A DNA stretch of 64,000 nucleotides from an uncultured Gemmatimonadales bacterium (GTDB taxonomy: Bacteria; Gemmatimonadota; Gemmatimonadetes; Gemmatimonadales; GWC2-71-9): positions 96,001 to 160,000 of the forward strand of contig CAWCFX010000002.1 in NCBI GenBank assembly GCA_963795085.1. The letters are read 5' to 3'. The notes below the pieces were generated by a model. The model made no database searches and was not told where the DNA came from. It worked only from the letters and a program-made list of their open reading frames with translations. Every line of letters starts with the position of its first letter. Positions within the stretch are counted from its first letter, which is position 1. Positions 9,652-19,969 of this stretch are shown here, one piece after another. A program made the translations under genes and the position numbers.

Positions 9652-11228
9652 GCGTACACCTTGAGAAACGCCGCGAACACGTCGGGCCGCCACCAGTGGC
9701 GGCAGGCGGTCATCTCCTCGACCGCCGCCGGGACGCTGACCGCACACCGGTAACTCCGGTCGGTGGTGAGCGCGTCGAGCACGTCGGCGATGCACACGAT
9801 CTGGGCCGTGACAGGGATCTGGTCTCCGGCCAGTCGGTCGGGATACCCGGTACCGTCGTACCGCTCGTGATGGGACCGGATGATCGGTTTGATATCCCAG
9901 GGAAACTCGATTGAGGCCAGCATCTCCAGCCCGATGAGCGGATGCCGGGCCATGGTCGCGAATTCCTGCGGCGTGAGCCGGCCCGGCTTGTTGAGGATCT
10001 CGTGGGGGACCCGGATCTTGCCGAGGTCGTGGAGATAGGCGCCCAGCCGGATGGTGTTCTGCTGATTCACATCCAGGCCCATCGCCTCCGCGACAGCGAC
10101 CGCCGATTCCGCTACCCGTTCACAGTGGCCGAAGGTGTAGGTGTCGGCGGACTCTATGGACCGCCCCCAGTCCCGGACGATGGCGCGGTAGGTCCCCTCG
10201 AGCGAAGCCACCCTCGCCGTGATGTCGCCCAGGTCGCGGCGGGCCTCCAGCCGCTCGAAGATCCGGTGGGCCAGGTTCAGGTGGGTCAGCGCCTCCCGGC
10301 TCCGCCCCGTCATCTGGTAGACCAGCGCCAGTTCCCGGGCCGCTTCGGCTTCTTCCAGCGGGGAGCTGGTATCCACGGCCAGCTGCCGGGCCGATTCCAG
10401 CCGTGACTCGGCCAGCGCGGGGGCCCCGGTTTCCCGGTAGATCATTCCGAGGAATCGGTAGGCCGCCGCCTTGCCATCACGGGCGCCCAACTGGTCGAAG
10501 ATCCGGAGCGCGGCTTCGGCGCTCTCTTTCGCCTCTTCGAACCGCTGCCGCCCGATCAGCACCTCGGTATGGTTCAGGAGATTGAGCCCCTGCATCTGGA
10601 CGTCGCCCAGCCGCTGTGCGATATCCATGCTCTGCCGGAAATACCCGCTGGCCTCGTCCAGGAGGGAGCGGTCCGCGCTGATCATCCCCAGGTTATGATA
10701 CGCAATGGCGCAGCCCCGCTCGTCGCCGGAATCACGGAAGGCCTCGAGCGAGCGCTGGTAGTGCCGGAGGGCGACCGGCCACTGGCCCTGGATGTTGGCG
10801 ATGATTCCCAGGTTCTGTTCGATGCGGCCCCGCACCTGCGGATTGCTGGCTCCCAGCCGGAGCGCCTCGGTAAACAGCGACCGGGCCGACTCGAACGCCC
10901 CCGATTCCAGGTCGAACCCGGCCAGCGCATTGAGCGCCTCCGCCGCCTCGATGGCCAGGTGGCCCCGGACGGCGACATCGTGGCTCAGCCGGCAGAGGGC
11001 GCGGGCCACGCCGGTTTCATGCCGCAGGTGGCGTAGCACGCCGAGCCGCCGGAGCACCTCGGCCTGAAGGGCCGGCGAAGTCCCGGCTGAGGTCACCACC
11101 AGGGCGGAGGAGTAGTCGCGAATCGCCTCATTGACCCGTCCTTCGCGCTCGTGCTCCCGCGCCGTGCGGACGAAATCGTCCGTACTGGCCGGTTCGGGCG
11201 GGGCGGGTTTGATCAGGGACGTTGCCAT
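9648..11228 (-). CDS. TPR + HD-GYP cyclic-dinucleotide phosphodiesterase
   Basis: Multiple NLG-type TPRs, then HCERV, LHDLGK and HHERYDGTGYP. Confidence 0.93.
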   Translation of the reverse strand: MATSLIKPAPPEPASTDDFVRTAREHEREGRVNEAIRDYSSALVVTSAGTSPALQAEVLRRLGVLRHLRHETGVARALCRLSHDVAVRGHLAIEAAEALNALAGFDLESGAFESARSLFTEALRLGASNPQVRGRIEQNLGIIANIQGQWPVALRHYQRSLEAFRDSGDERGCAIAYHNLGMISADRSLLDEASGYFRQSMDIAQRLGDVQMQGLNLLNHTEVLIGRQRFEEAKESAEAALRIFDQLGARDGKAAAYRFLGMIYRETGAPALAESRLESARQLAVDTSSPLEEAEAARELALVYQMTGRSREALTHLNLAHRIFERLEARRDLGDITARVASLEGTYRAIVRDWGRSIESADTYTFGHCERVAESAVAVAEAMGLDVNQQNTIRLGAYLHDLGKIRVPHEILNKPGRLTPQEFATMARHPLIGLEMLASIEFPWDIKPIIRSHHERYDGTGYPDRLAGDQIPVTAQIVCIADVLDALTTDRSYRCAVSVPAAVEEMTACRHWWRPDVFAAFLKVYA

Positions 11229-11480
11229 GGGCTCGGGACAGGGTGGATTGGGCTTCCCATAGCGCAATGCCCGTACCATTTCCAAGCGACTACTCTTGAG
11301 ACACCTCAGCCGCCGACGTGTCGCGGAGTCAAGGGGTTAAACCCCACCGGATTGGTGCTCCCGGCCGGTCTGAAAGCGCACAGGGCGGGCCTCGAATGCA
11401 GATCCATGCAGACTGTAGCGGTGCGGTTCCGTCGCATCATTTGCCGCCCCTGACCAACCACTTCCGGAGTCCCATCCATC

Positions 11481-12626
11481 ATGCCCCTCTCCGACCGGTT
11501 ACCCCTGCTCCTCGGCTTGAGCCTCCTCGCGGCCGCGTCTCCAGTTTCCGCCCAGATCCGGGCCCGAGACTTGGGCGTGGTGCCGGGCATTTTCCGGCCG
11601 GGGCCGCTCAACGCCATAACCGACGTAGGCGGCGTTCGAGTCGGGCACGCTACCATCGTCGAAGGCGACTCGGTTCGGACCGGAGTCACTGCCATCCTCC
11701 CGCACGCCGGCAATGCCTATCTCGAGCGGGTGCCGGCCGCCATCGTAGTGGGGAACGGGTTCGGCAAGCTCCTGGGGTCCACCCAGGTCGCCGAGCTTGG
11801 GGAACTGGAAACGCCCGTTCTGCTCACCTGCACGCTCTGTGTGTGGCGGGTGGCGGACGCCCTGACCGGCTGGATGCTGGGCCTGCCCGGCATGCAGGAG
11901 GTACGCTCCCTGAACCCGGTCGTGGCGGAGACCAACGATGGATTCCTGAACGACATTCGCCGCCGTCCGGTTACCCCCGCCCACGTGGAGGCCGCCCTGG
12001 CGATGGCCGGGGAAGGGCCCGTCGCGGAAGGATCGGTGGGAGCAGGGGCGGGGACGGCCGCCTTCGGGTGGAAGGGTGGTATCGGGACATCCTCCCGGGT
12101 TCTTCCGGCGGGACTGGGGGGATGGAAAGTCGGGGTCCTGGTTCAATCCAACTTCGGCGGGATCCTGCAGGTCCTCGGCGCGCCGGTCGGCAAAGAACTC
12201 GGCCGCTATGCGTTTCGGCGCGAGGTCGAGGGAGACCGGGGCGACGGTTCGATCATTATTGTCGTAGCCACCGATGCCCCGGTGCTGGACCGCAACCTTC
12301 GCCGCCTCGCCGAGCGGGCCATCATGGGGCTGGCCCGTACCGGCTCCTCCGCGTCCAACGGCAGCGGCGATTACGTCATTGCCTTCTCGACTGCGGCTTC
12401 GGTTCGGCGACCGTGGCGGGGCCGGCGCCCGGCCGCGGAGGAACTGGAGAACGAGGAGATGTCCGGGCTCTTTCAGGCGGTGGTCGAAGCCACCGAGGAA
12501 GCGATTTACAACTCGCTGTTCATGGCGACCACGGTGCGCGGGGCGCGGGGGACGGTCGAAGCGATTCCGCTGGAGCGGGTGCGGGAGATCCTCAGGAAAT
12601 ACGGAATCCCAGCCAGCGACGGGTAA
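11481..12626 (+). CDS. dmpA: DmpA/P1-family (S58) aminopeptidase with signal peptide
   Basis: NAITDV.GV.VGH, EGSVGAGAG, SNGSGD autocleavage motif, EATEEAI. Confidence 0.9.
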   Translation: MPLSDRLPLLLGLSLLAAASPVSAQIRARDLGVVPGIFRPGPLNAITDVGGVRVGHATIVEGDSVRTGVTAILPHAGNAYLERVPAAIVVGNGFGKLLGSTQVAELGELETPVLLTCTLCVWRVADALTGWMLGLPGMQEVRSLNPVVAETNDGFLNDIRRRPVTPAHVEAALAMAGEGPVAEGSVGAGAGTAAFGWKGGIGTSSRVLPAGLGGWKVGVLVQSNFGGILQVLGAPVGKELGRYAFRREVEGDRGDGSIIIVVATDAPVLDRNLRRLAERAIMGLARTGSSASNGSGDYVIAFSTAASVRRPWRGRRPAAEELENEEMSGLFQAVVEATEEAIYNSLFMATTVRGARGTVEAIPLERVREILRKYGIPASDG

Positions 12627-12681
12627 CCAACCCCCGGGACAGCGATTCGGCCACGGGTGCCCGCAGCGATATCCTCGCCTG

Positions 12682-13869
12682 TTACCGGTCGGCCGCCACT
12701 GGTTCGATGCGGTAGATCCGGCCCGACGCCATCACGACGTAGATCTCTCCGTTGGCGTCCTCGCCGAAGGAGACGACGTTGTCGTTGACGAGGGGGGAGC
12801 TCAGCGCTTCCAGTTCCTCCACCGGGCTGCCCCCGGCGAGCCGAAAGCTGCGTACCCACCCACCGCAATAGTCGCCGTAGAAGTAGGTCCCCCGGAGGGC
12901 CGGGATGTTCCTGCCCCGGTACACGTAACCGCCGGTCAGGGAACAGGCGGGGCCGTGGGTGTAGGTCTTGATCGGGGGGGTGAGCCCGCTGGAGGCGCAG
13001 CCGGTGGCTGGGCGGTAGCAGGCCGTCCCCTCCCGCACCGGCCACCCGTAGTTTCTACCCCCGGCGCCGGCCGGCTCGAGATTGATCTCCTCCATCTGGT
13101 GCTCCCCCACGTCGCCGATGAGGAGGTTCCCGGTGCCTCGGTCGAAGCTCCAGCGCCACGGGTTGCGGAAGCCAAGGGACCAGATTTCCGGGCGCCATCC
13201 CGCGCGGGCGAGGAAGGGATTGCCGGCCGGCACCGCGTAGGGGGCTGCCTGGTCGATGTCGAGCCGCAGCATCTTGCCCAGAAGCGAGGCGCTGTCCTGG
13301 GCCGGACTGCTGGGGAGTGCGGCGGTCTGGTCTCCCTGGAGACTGTCTCCCAGGGCCAGGTAGAGGTATCCATCGGGCCCGAAGGCGATCATCCCGCCGT
13401 AGAGCACGGTGATCGGGTCCTGGTCCACCGTCAGAACGACCTGTTCGCTCGCCGGGTCGGCGTGGTTGCCGGACGCGTCCGCCGTGAATTCCGACAACCG
13501 GGCATCACCGTTCAGGTCCACGTAGTACACGAACACGCGCCGGTTGGCCGCGTACCCGGGATGAAACGCGAGGCTGTAGACGCCGTACTCGCCAGTGGCG
13601 GGCGAGGTGCGGCCGGTCAGGTTCAGGAACGCCGAATCCTGCCGGACCCCGTTCCGGCGGAGGAGGATTCGGCCATCCCGCTCCACGATCAGGAGTCTCG
13701 CCGGGTCGGCTGGGGGCGTGGTGACATAGACCGGGAAATCATACCCGCTGTCCACCGGCGCCAGGGTCAGTGCGAGGGGGTTGCCGGGCCCGGCGGGTTC
13801 ATCGGAGCAGGCCCCGGCCAGGCCGGCCAGCACCAGGACGAGCGGGGTCACAAGAGTCGAGATTCGCAT
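12682..13869 (-). CDS. PQQ-dependent (glucose/sorbosone) sugar dehydrogenase family lipoprotein
   Basis: LAGAC lipobox; FGPDGYLY, GFRNPWR, NYGWP, SFGED. Confidence 0.88.
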   Translation of the reverse strand: MRISTLVTPLVLVLAGLAGACSDEPAGPGNPLALTLAPVDSGYDFPVYVTTPPADPARLLIVERDGRILLRRNGVRQDSAFLNLTGRTSPATGEYGVYSLAFHPGYAANRRVFVYYVDLNGDARLSEFTADASGNHADPASEQVVLTVDQDPITVLYGGMIAFGPDGYLYLALGDSLQGDQTAALPSSPAQDSASLLGKMLRLDIDQAAPYAVPAGNPFLARAGWRPEIWSLGFRNPWRWSFDRGTGNLLIGDVGEHQMEEINLEPAGAGGRNYGWPVREGTACYRPATGCASSGLTPPIKTYTHGPACSLTGGYVYRGRNIPALRGTYFYGDYCGGWVRSFRLAGGSPVEELEALSSPLVNDNVVSFGEDANGEIYVVMASGRIYRIEPVAADR

Positions 13870-13970
13870 CCTGTCAATGTAAACGTGTGGCCCCCGGCCA
13901 TGCCCCCTGCTAGTTTACCCGTTTCCGGGACGGACAGACCGCCCGGTCGCCCTTTACCAGCGCTGGTTTC

Positions 13971-15188
13971 ATGGATGATTCCCTGTATTTCACCGAGCAT
14001 CACCACCAGGTGCGCGAGATGGTCCGGGAGTTTGCCCGGACGGAGATCGCGCCGGTGGCTCGCGAATTCGACCGGACTTCCGAGTTCCCGTGGGAGAATA
14101 TCCGGAAGATGGGAGAGCTGGGCCTGCTCGGCGTGCCGTGGAGCGAGGAACTCGGTGGGGCCGGCATGGACCAGCTGTCCTATTACATCACCCTGCACGA
14201 ACTCGCCAAGGTGGACGCCAGCCACGCCCTGACGGTGAGCGCCCATACCAACCTGGGGACCTCCCCCATCGTTGAGTTTGGGACTCCGGAGCAGAGGCGG
14301 CGCTATGTCCCGTTGCTGGCCTCGGGCAAGGTGCTGGGTGGGTTCGGCCTGACCGAGCCGGGCGCCGGAAGCGACGCCGGCGGTACCGCGACGGTGGCCG
14401 TGGACAAGGGCGACCACTACCTCATCAACGGATCCAAGATTTTCATCACCCACGCCGGCGTGGGAGAGATATTCTCGGCCACGGCCCGGACTGAATCGGG
14501 GGCCGGCAACAAGGGCATCACCAGCTTTATTGTCACCAAGGATACCGTGGACCTGGCCCGGTGCCGCGAGGTCGGCATCGGGCACGTGGAGGATCTGCCC
14601 AAGACCCCGGGGGTGCGGGCCGGGAAGAAGGAAGACAAGATGGGCTGGCGGGCCAGCGACACCCGCGAACTCATTTTCGAGGACGCCGTGGTGCCCAAGG
14701 AAAATGTCCTCGGCGAGCCGGGGCAGGGGTTCGTCAACTTCCTCAAGACTCTCGATGGCGGCCGGATCGGAATCGCCGCATTGTCCCTGGGCATCGCCGA
14801 GGGCGCCTACGACCAGGCCCTGGAGTACGCCGGGGTCCGGAAACAGTTCGGGAAGCCCATCGGGTCCTTCCAGGGGGTGAGCTTCCAGCTGGCCGACATG
14901 GCCATGGAAATCGAAGCGGGCACCCACCTGCTCTACCATGCCGCCTGGCTCAAGCAGAACCGCAAGCCGTTCAAGAAGGAGGCGGCAATGGCCAAGCTCT
15001 TTTGCTCGGAACTGGCCATGCGGACCACCACCAAGGCCGTCCAGATCTTTGGCGGTTACGGCTACACTACCGACTATCCGGTCGAGCGGATGATGCGGGA
15101 CGCCAAGGTCTGCGAAATCGGCGAAGGCACCAGCGAGATTCAGCGGATCGTGATTGCCCGGCACATCCTGGGGGATCTGGATAACTGA
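13971..15188 (+). CDS. Acyl-CoA dehydrogenase
   Basis: [33 protein letters not shown]. Confidence 0.96.
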   Translation: MDDSLYFTEHHHQVREMVREFARTEIAPVAREFDRTSEFPWENIRKMGELGLLGVPWSEELGGAGMDQLSYYITLHELAKVDASHALTVSAHTNLGTSPIVEFGTPEQRRRYVPLLASGKVLGGFGLTEPGAGSDAGGTATVAVDKGDHYLINGSKIFITHAGVGEIFSATARTESGAGNKGITSFIVTKDTVDLARCREVGIGHVEDLPKTPGVRAGKKEDKMGWRASDTRELIFEDAVVPKENVLGEPGQGFVNFLKTLDGGRIGIAALSLGIAEGAYDQALEYAGVRKQFGKPIGSFQGVSFQLADMAMEIEAGTHLLYHAAWLKQNRKPFKKEAAMAKLFCSELAMRTTTKAVQIFGGYGYTTDYPVERMMRDAKVCEIGEGTSEIQRIVIARHILGDLDN

Positions 15189-15303
15189 GGGAATTGTGGA
15201 ATTGAAGGAATTGGGGCATTGGAACAAATTACAATTCCCTCAATTCCCTCAATTCCCTCAATTCCCTCAATTCCCTCAATTCCCTCAATTCCCTCAATTC
15301 CCT
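15186..15303. repeat. Palindromic tandem repeat: degenerate GGAATTG units, then (CAATTCCCT)x8
   Basis: Eight perfect 9-mers at 15232-15303; reverse-complement units at about 15186-15221. Confidence 0.95.
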
Positions 15304-15574
15304 TGGGGGACTGCCGTAACTGCCACTTTCGCATATCTTTACAGCATGCTTCCGCAGCTTGACCCGATAGCCGCTGGAACCCCGACTTTCTGGACTCGCC
15401 CCCTCGGCGGCGGGTCTCTGCTTGCTGCTGTCCTGATGTTTCTGTTTTCCCCGATCGGTGGGCTTCGCCCGAAGTCCTTCCGGGGAATGGGTTTGTCGCG
15501 GGCCCGCCGGACCGGCGGGAGCCCGCCTCACGTTCATGGAGCCGGGTCGGAATCACCGGCTGAGGGTGCAACGC

Positions 15575-17233
15575 TTGAAACGGGAAATCCTCATCAACGG
15601 TGGCCCGCGGGAGACTCGCGTGGCCATCCTGGAAGACGACCGCCTGGTCGAGCTTCTGGTAGACCGGCCGGATCAGCGCCGCCGGGTGGGCGACATCTAC
15701 AAGGGACGGGTCGAAGCAGTCCTTCCCGGCATCCAGGCGGCCTTTGTTGACATAGGCCTGGAGAAGAGCGCCTTTCTCCACGCCTCCGACCTGCTGGAAC
15801 CGGACGAAGACGAAGATCCCGACGAGCTCACCCAGGTCGATGAGGCCGAGGAGGCCGCCGAGGCCGTTGCCGACCCTCTCGAGGCCGGTGCGGAGGAGGA
15901 GGCATCGCCCGAGCGGGAGCGCCGGTCCCGCCCCCGGGGTCCCAAGCCTGCCGAACCGCGGCAGCGGGAAGTGAGTCCCCGGCATCCGCTTCCCGACATC
16001 CAGGATATCCTCAAAAAGGGCCAGACGCTCCTGGTGCAGGTGACCAAGGAGCCCATCAGCACCAAGGGGTGCCGGGTCACCGCCCAGATCTCCCTGCCGG
16101 GCCGTTTTCTCGTTTACATGCCGGCCGCGTCGAAGGTCGGCGTCAGCCGGAAGATCGACAGCCGCGAACAGCGAGGCCGCCTCCGCGAGATGGTCTCGCG
16201 ACTGCTGCCGAAGGACGAGGGCGGCGTCATCGTGCGTACCGTGGCGGAAGGGGTAACCGAGGACCACTTCCGCCGGGAAATCGACTCGCTGATCGGTATC
16301 TGGAAGAAGATCCAGCGCAAGGAAACCTTCGTGAGGGCCCCGTCGCTGGTCCACCGGGAGACCAGCCTGACCCGCGGCATTATCCGCGATGTATTCAGCG
16401 CCAAGGTGGATGCCCTCCACGTCGACAGCCGGGATCACCACCACGAAATCGAACAATACCTCAAGCAGATCGACCCTGACCTGCTGAGCCGGGTCTTTCT
16501 GTACAACGAGCCCACCTCGTTGTTCGAGAAGTTCGACATCGAAACCGAGATCCGGGACCTGTTCAAGGCCCGATGCGAGCTGCCCACCGGCGGCTCGCTG
16601 ATCATCCAGCCCACCGAAGCCCTGGTGTCGATCGACGTGAATACCGGGCGCTACACCGGCCGCAAGGACCCGGAGAAGACCATTCTCCGGACCAACCTCG
16701 AGGCCGCCCGGGAAATCGCCCGGCAGCTTCGGCTGCGGGACATCGGCGGCATTATCGTCTGCGACTTTATCGACATGGAGACCCGCGCCAACCGGGAGAA
16801 GGTCCTCCAGGAGCTGCGCACCCATCTCGCGCGGGACCGGGCCCGGACCAAGGCCCTCGCCGTCTCCGACCTGGGCCTGGTCGAAATGACGCGCCAGCGG
16901 GTCCGTCCCTCCCTGCTTCAGGGGATGACCACGGATTGTCCTACCTGCTCCGGCTCGGGGCGGGTCTTCCGGCCGGAGGTGGTCGCCCGCCGGCTGGAAC
17001 GGAGCCTCAAGCGGGTCGGGCTGGAGCGGAAAGAGCGGCAGCTGGCCGTGCGGCTGCATCCGGAGGTCGCCCTCTACCTCCTGGAGGAGGAGCCCAAGCT
17101 GCTCAAGAGTATCGCCCGGGAGACCGGCGTGGAGCTCGAGCTCAGGGACGATCCCATGATGCGCCTGGACGAGTTCCGGCTCATGAGCCGGCCAGCCGGC
17201 CGGGACGTGACCGAGATTTACGCGGTGGCTTAA
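15575..17233 (+). CDS. rng: Rne/Rng family ribonuclease (RNase G size)
   Basis: TTG start giving MKREILIN; IYKGRV..V.PG.QAAFVDIG; IDVNTG; GGIIVCDFIDM; CPTC.GSG. Confidence 0.95.
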   Translation: MKREILINGGPRETRVAILEDDRLVELLVDRPDQRRRVGDIYKGRVEAVLPGIQAAFVDIGLEKSAFLHASDLLEPDEDEDPDELTQVDEAEEAAEAVADPLEAGAEEEASPERERRSRPRGPKPAEPRQREVSPRHPLPDIQDILKKGQTLLVQVTKEPISTKGCRVTAQISLPGRFLVYMPAASKVGVSRKIDSREQRGRLREMVSRLLPKDEGGVIVRTVAEGVTEDHFRREIDSLIGIWKKIQRKETFVRAPSLVHRETSLTRGIIRDVFSAKVDALHVDSRDHHHEIEQYLKQIDPDLLSRVFLYNEPTSLFEKFDIETEIRDLFKARCELPTGGSLIIQPTEALVSIDVNTGRYTGRKDPEKTILRTNLEAAREIARQLRLRDIGGIIVCDFIDMETRANREKVLQELRTHLARDRARTKALAVSDLGLVEMTRQRVRPSLLQGMTTDCPTCSGSGRVFRPEVVARRLERSLKRVGLERKERQLAVRLHPEVALYLLEEEPKLLKSIARETGVELELRDDPMMRLDEFRLMSRPAGRDVTEIYAVA

Positions 17234-17265
17234 GGGGTAGCAGGGTCCGATTCCTCCCAGCCCCC

Positions 17266-17294
17266 TTGACCCAACCGCCTCTCCCGTCTAGCTT
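17266..17294 (+). promoter_or_regulatory. Putative sigma70 promoter of rplU-rpmA
   Basis: TTGACC-N17-TAGCTT. Confidence 0.6.
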
Positions 17295-17332
17295 TAGCGG
17301 CTCACTACGAACCGACTTCTGGTAAGGCCATT

Positions 17333-17647
17333 ATGTACGCGATCTTCCGCGCCCTCGGCAAGCAATTCCGGGCCGAAAAGGGACAGACCATCCGGCTTCC
17401 GCTTATGAAGGCCGAGCCGGGAAGCACGGTAAAATTTGACGAAATTCTCCTGACCGCCGATGGTGACAGCATCACCGCCGGGGCCCCGCTGGTGAAGGGC
17501 GCCTTCGTCGAGGCCGAGGTCATCGGTGATGGCAAGGAGAAGAAAATCTTCGTGTTCAAGTTCAAGCGACGGAAGAACTATCGCCGGAAGACCGGGCATC
17601 GCCAGAAATTCACCGAAGTGCGCGTCACCGACGTGCAGGCAGGCTGA
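17333..17647 (+). CDS. rplU: 50S ribosomal protein L21
   Basis: [25 protein letters not shown]. Confidence 0.98.
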   Translation: MYAIFRALGKQFRAEKGQTIRLPLMKAEPGSTVKFDEILLTADGDSITAGAPLVKGAFVEAEVIGDGKEKKIFVFKFKRRKNYRRKTGHRQKFTEVRVTDVQAG

Positions 17648-17654
17648 GGATCCC

Positions 17655-17927
17655 ATGGCTCATAAAAAAGGCGTAGGTTCCAGCCGCAACGGCCGGACCG
17701 CGAATCCCAAGTACCTGGGCGTGAAAAAGTTCGGCGGCGAGCGCGTACGGACCGGCATGATCCTGGTGCGCCAGCGGGGCACCAAGTTCCACCCGGGCAA
17801 GAACGTCATGCGCGGCTCCGATGACACGCTCTTCGCCTCGGCGGATGGCGTGGTGAAGTTCGAGCATAAAGACAAGAACCGCCAGAAGGTGTCCGTTTAC
17901 CCGATGGAGACCGCCGCCAGCGCGTAA
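17655..17927 (+). CDS. rpmA: 50S ribosomal protein L27
   Basis: [24 protein letters not shown]. Confidence 0.98.
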   Translation: MAHKKGVGSSRNGRTANPKYLGVKKFGGERVRTGMILVRQRGTKFHPGKNVMRGSDDTLFASADGVVKFEHKDKNRQKVSVYPMETAASA

Positions 17928-17949
17928 GCCGCAGGATCGGCGGGCAGTG

Positions 17950-17985
17950 AAAAAAGGCGGAGCCCCTTCCGGGACTCCGCCTTTC
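17950..17985. terminator. Bidirectional intrinsic terminator
   Basis: AAAAAAGGCGGAG...CTCCGCCTTT between convergent genes. Confidence 0.8.
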
Positions 17986-18013
17986 AGTTCTCGACCCCCC
18001 AGGCCCTGGATCC

Positions 18014-18625
18014 CTAAAGCGCCCGATCCACCGGGATCTCGTCGGCGTTTGGCACCTTCTTGGCGTTTTGCCGCCAGGCGTTTTCCAGTGTCTCTGCGAT
18101 CTGGGGCAGCACATCCTCCCGCGCCGGCAGTCCCTCTTCCAGCAGGAACTCGATGACAGCACCGGGAATGATGTTGTGCAGCGTCATCACCACCTCGGTG
18201 TAGTCCACCAGGTGGCGCTGAGCCAGCTCGGCCACCTTCCGATTGCCCAGGGAAAGTGCCGTGGTGTGAAGCATCACATAGCCGATCGTGGCCAGGTTGA
18301 TCGCGGTATAATCGTCCCGCAGGTTCTTGGGAAGCGACTCATTGCGCACCAGGTCGATGGCTCCCGCGGCCAGTCCGGCCAGCGCCGACCCCAGCTTCTT
18401 GATCGTCCCGGAGGCATCCTCGCCCCCCATTTCCTCGGCCAGGCCCTCAAGGGTCCGGATGTGACTCTCCGTGGTGGCATTGATGGTGCGCAGTTCCCGG
18501 ACGACATCGGGATAGTTTTCCAGGTCCTCCACCTGCGCCTGCAGCGCCTTGGAGATGTGCTTCTCCAGGGCCAGCATATCCGTCACATAACTCTTGATGG
18601 TCTGCGTGATATCATTAGTGGCCAT
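18014..18625 (-). CDS. Ferritin-like (DUF892-type) protein
   Basis: Four-helix pattern DMLALEKH..TESH..LRDDY..GYVMLH. Confidence 0.7.
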   Translation of the reverse strand: MATNDITQTIKSYVTDMLALEKHISKALQAQVEDLENYPDVVRELRTINATTESHIRTLEGLAEEMGGEDASGTIKKLGSALAGLAAGAIDLVRNESLPKNLRDDYTAINLATIGYVMLHTTALSLGNRKVAELAQRHLVDYTEVVMTLHNIIPGAVIEFLLEEGLPAREDVLPQIAETLENAWRQNAKKVPNADEIPVDRAL

Positions 18626-18815
18626 GAACTTCCTCCGCGTGGATTTGGGAATGATCATTACGTAGAGGACTATACCATTGTCTAACCCTGCGATGATGTG
18701 ATCCTTGCCATGCGCGGCGCAGACTCTACCTTTCAATGTGAAACACCTGCGATGGCACTTCCGTCAGCAGGTACGGGGTGCCGGTGCCAGGTGCCATTCA
18801 ACAGGAGATCCACAC

Positions 18816-19175
18816 ATGCCCACGATATTTGACCGATTGAACACCGAACTGGAATCCTTCGGGCGGAAGGCCCAGGCGGCGTTTGACGAGGGTCGTTTCC
18901 AGCTGGAGTTGCTCCGGCTGCGCCGCCAGCGGGACGATACATCCTGCAGCCTCGGGAAGCTCGTTTATAAGCGGGAGCGGGGGAAGGAAGTGGACCAGGT
19001 GCGGATCGATGCCCTGTTACTCAGATTGGACGATATCGAAGCCGCCATCGACAAGGTTGAACAGCAGATGGGAACCATCCGCGCCGAGGCCTATGAGGCC
19101 AGTCCGGCGGGCGCCGCAGAATCGGCGCCGGCTCCCGCCGAGCCGGCGGACGTGGCCGAAGGCTCCCCGTCGTGA
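18816..19175 (+). CDS. Hypothetical coiled-coil protein
   Basis: AGGAGA RBS; helical sequence; stop overlaps the next start. Confidence 0.75.
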   Translation: MPTIFDRLNTELESFGRKAQAAFDEGRFQLELLRLRRQRDDTSCSLGKLVYKRERGKEVDQVRIDALLLRLDDIEAAIDKVEQQMGTIRAEAYEASPAGAAESAPAPAEPADVAEGSPS

Positions 19176-19933
19176 CGCGGGGGCCGGCTGCCCTGGCTGG
19201 TGCGGTCGGCTTCGTCGCCTTGATTACGGGGCCCATGTCTCTCTCGGCCCAGTCGGAATGGCCGCAGCACTCAATGAGCCGGCCCCGGCCGCCCGCGGTC
19301 ACCCCCGGCCGCGACCCCGTGCCTGCGGCCCCGCCCTCGGATGCGATCGTACTCCTGGATGGTACGTCTCTCGATGCCTGGCGATCCTCGGAGTCCGGTC
19401 CGGCCCGCTGGCGCACGGTAGAAGGCGGCATGGAAGTGGTTCCCGGCTCCGGGGGCATGGAGACCCGGCAGGACTTCGGTGACGTGCAGCTGCACCTGGA
19501 ATGGAAGGCCCCCAACCCGCCCGCGGGGCAGGGCCAGGACCGGGGTAACAGCGGGGTATTTTTCATGGGACGGTACGAGGTCCAGATCCTGGACTCGTAT
19601 GACAACGATACCTACCCGGACGGCCAGGCCGGCGCGATCTACGGACAGTACCCGCCGCTGGTCAATCCAGTCCGGCCACCGGGCCAGTGGCAAAGCTATG
19701 ACATCGTGTTTCGGCGGCCCCGGTTCCACCCAAACGGGACCCTCCGGGCGCCTGCCCGGATGACGGTCGTTTTCAACGGCGTGCTGGTTCATGATGCGGC
19801 GGAGCTGGTGGGCCCCACCTCTCATCACGAACGCCTTCCTTATGCCACCCACCCCGACCGGCTCCCCCTTTCGCTCCAGGATCACGGTCACCCGGTCCGG
19901 TTTCGGAGCATCTGGATCCGTAACCTGGAGTAG
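19172..19933 (+). CDS. DUF1080 (3-keto-disaccharide hydrolase-like) secreted protein
   Basis: FGDVQLHLEW, GNSGVF, YEVQILDS, LQDHG..V.FR.IW. Confidence 0.9.
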   Translation: MTRGPAALAGAVGFVALITGPMSLSAQSEWPQHSMSRPRPPAVTPGRDPVPAAPPSDAIVLLDGTSLDAWRSSESGPARWRTVEGGMEVVPGSGGMETRQDFGDVQLHLEWKAPNPPAGQGQDRGNSGVFFMGRYEVQILDSYDNDTYPDGQAGAIYGQYPPLVNPVRPPGQWQSYDIVFRRPRFHPNGTLRAPARMTVVFNGVLVHDAAELVGPTSHHERLPYATHPDRLPLSLQDHGHPVRFRSIWIRNLE

Positions 19934-19969
19934 ACCGCTCATTCCCACCACCTGTCACTTCGCCGCAGG

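Noticed and set aside
11306..11440. Peptide-precursor gene for the TPR-HD-GYP pair
   Set aside because: The short minus-strand ORF has no signal-peptide character
15140..15750. ORFs containing FPQ, ELR or GIE repeats
   Set aside because: These are translations of the 9-bp DNA repeat in different frames, with no protein-like context
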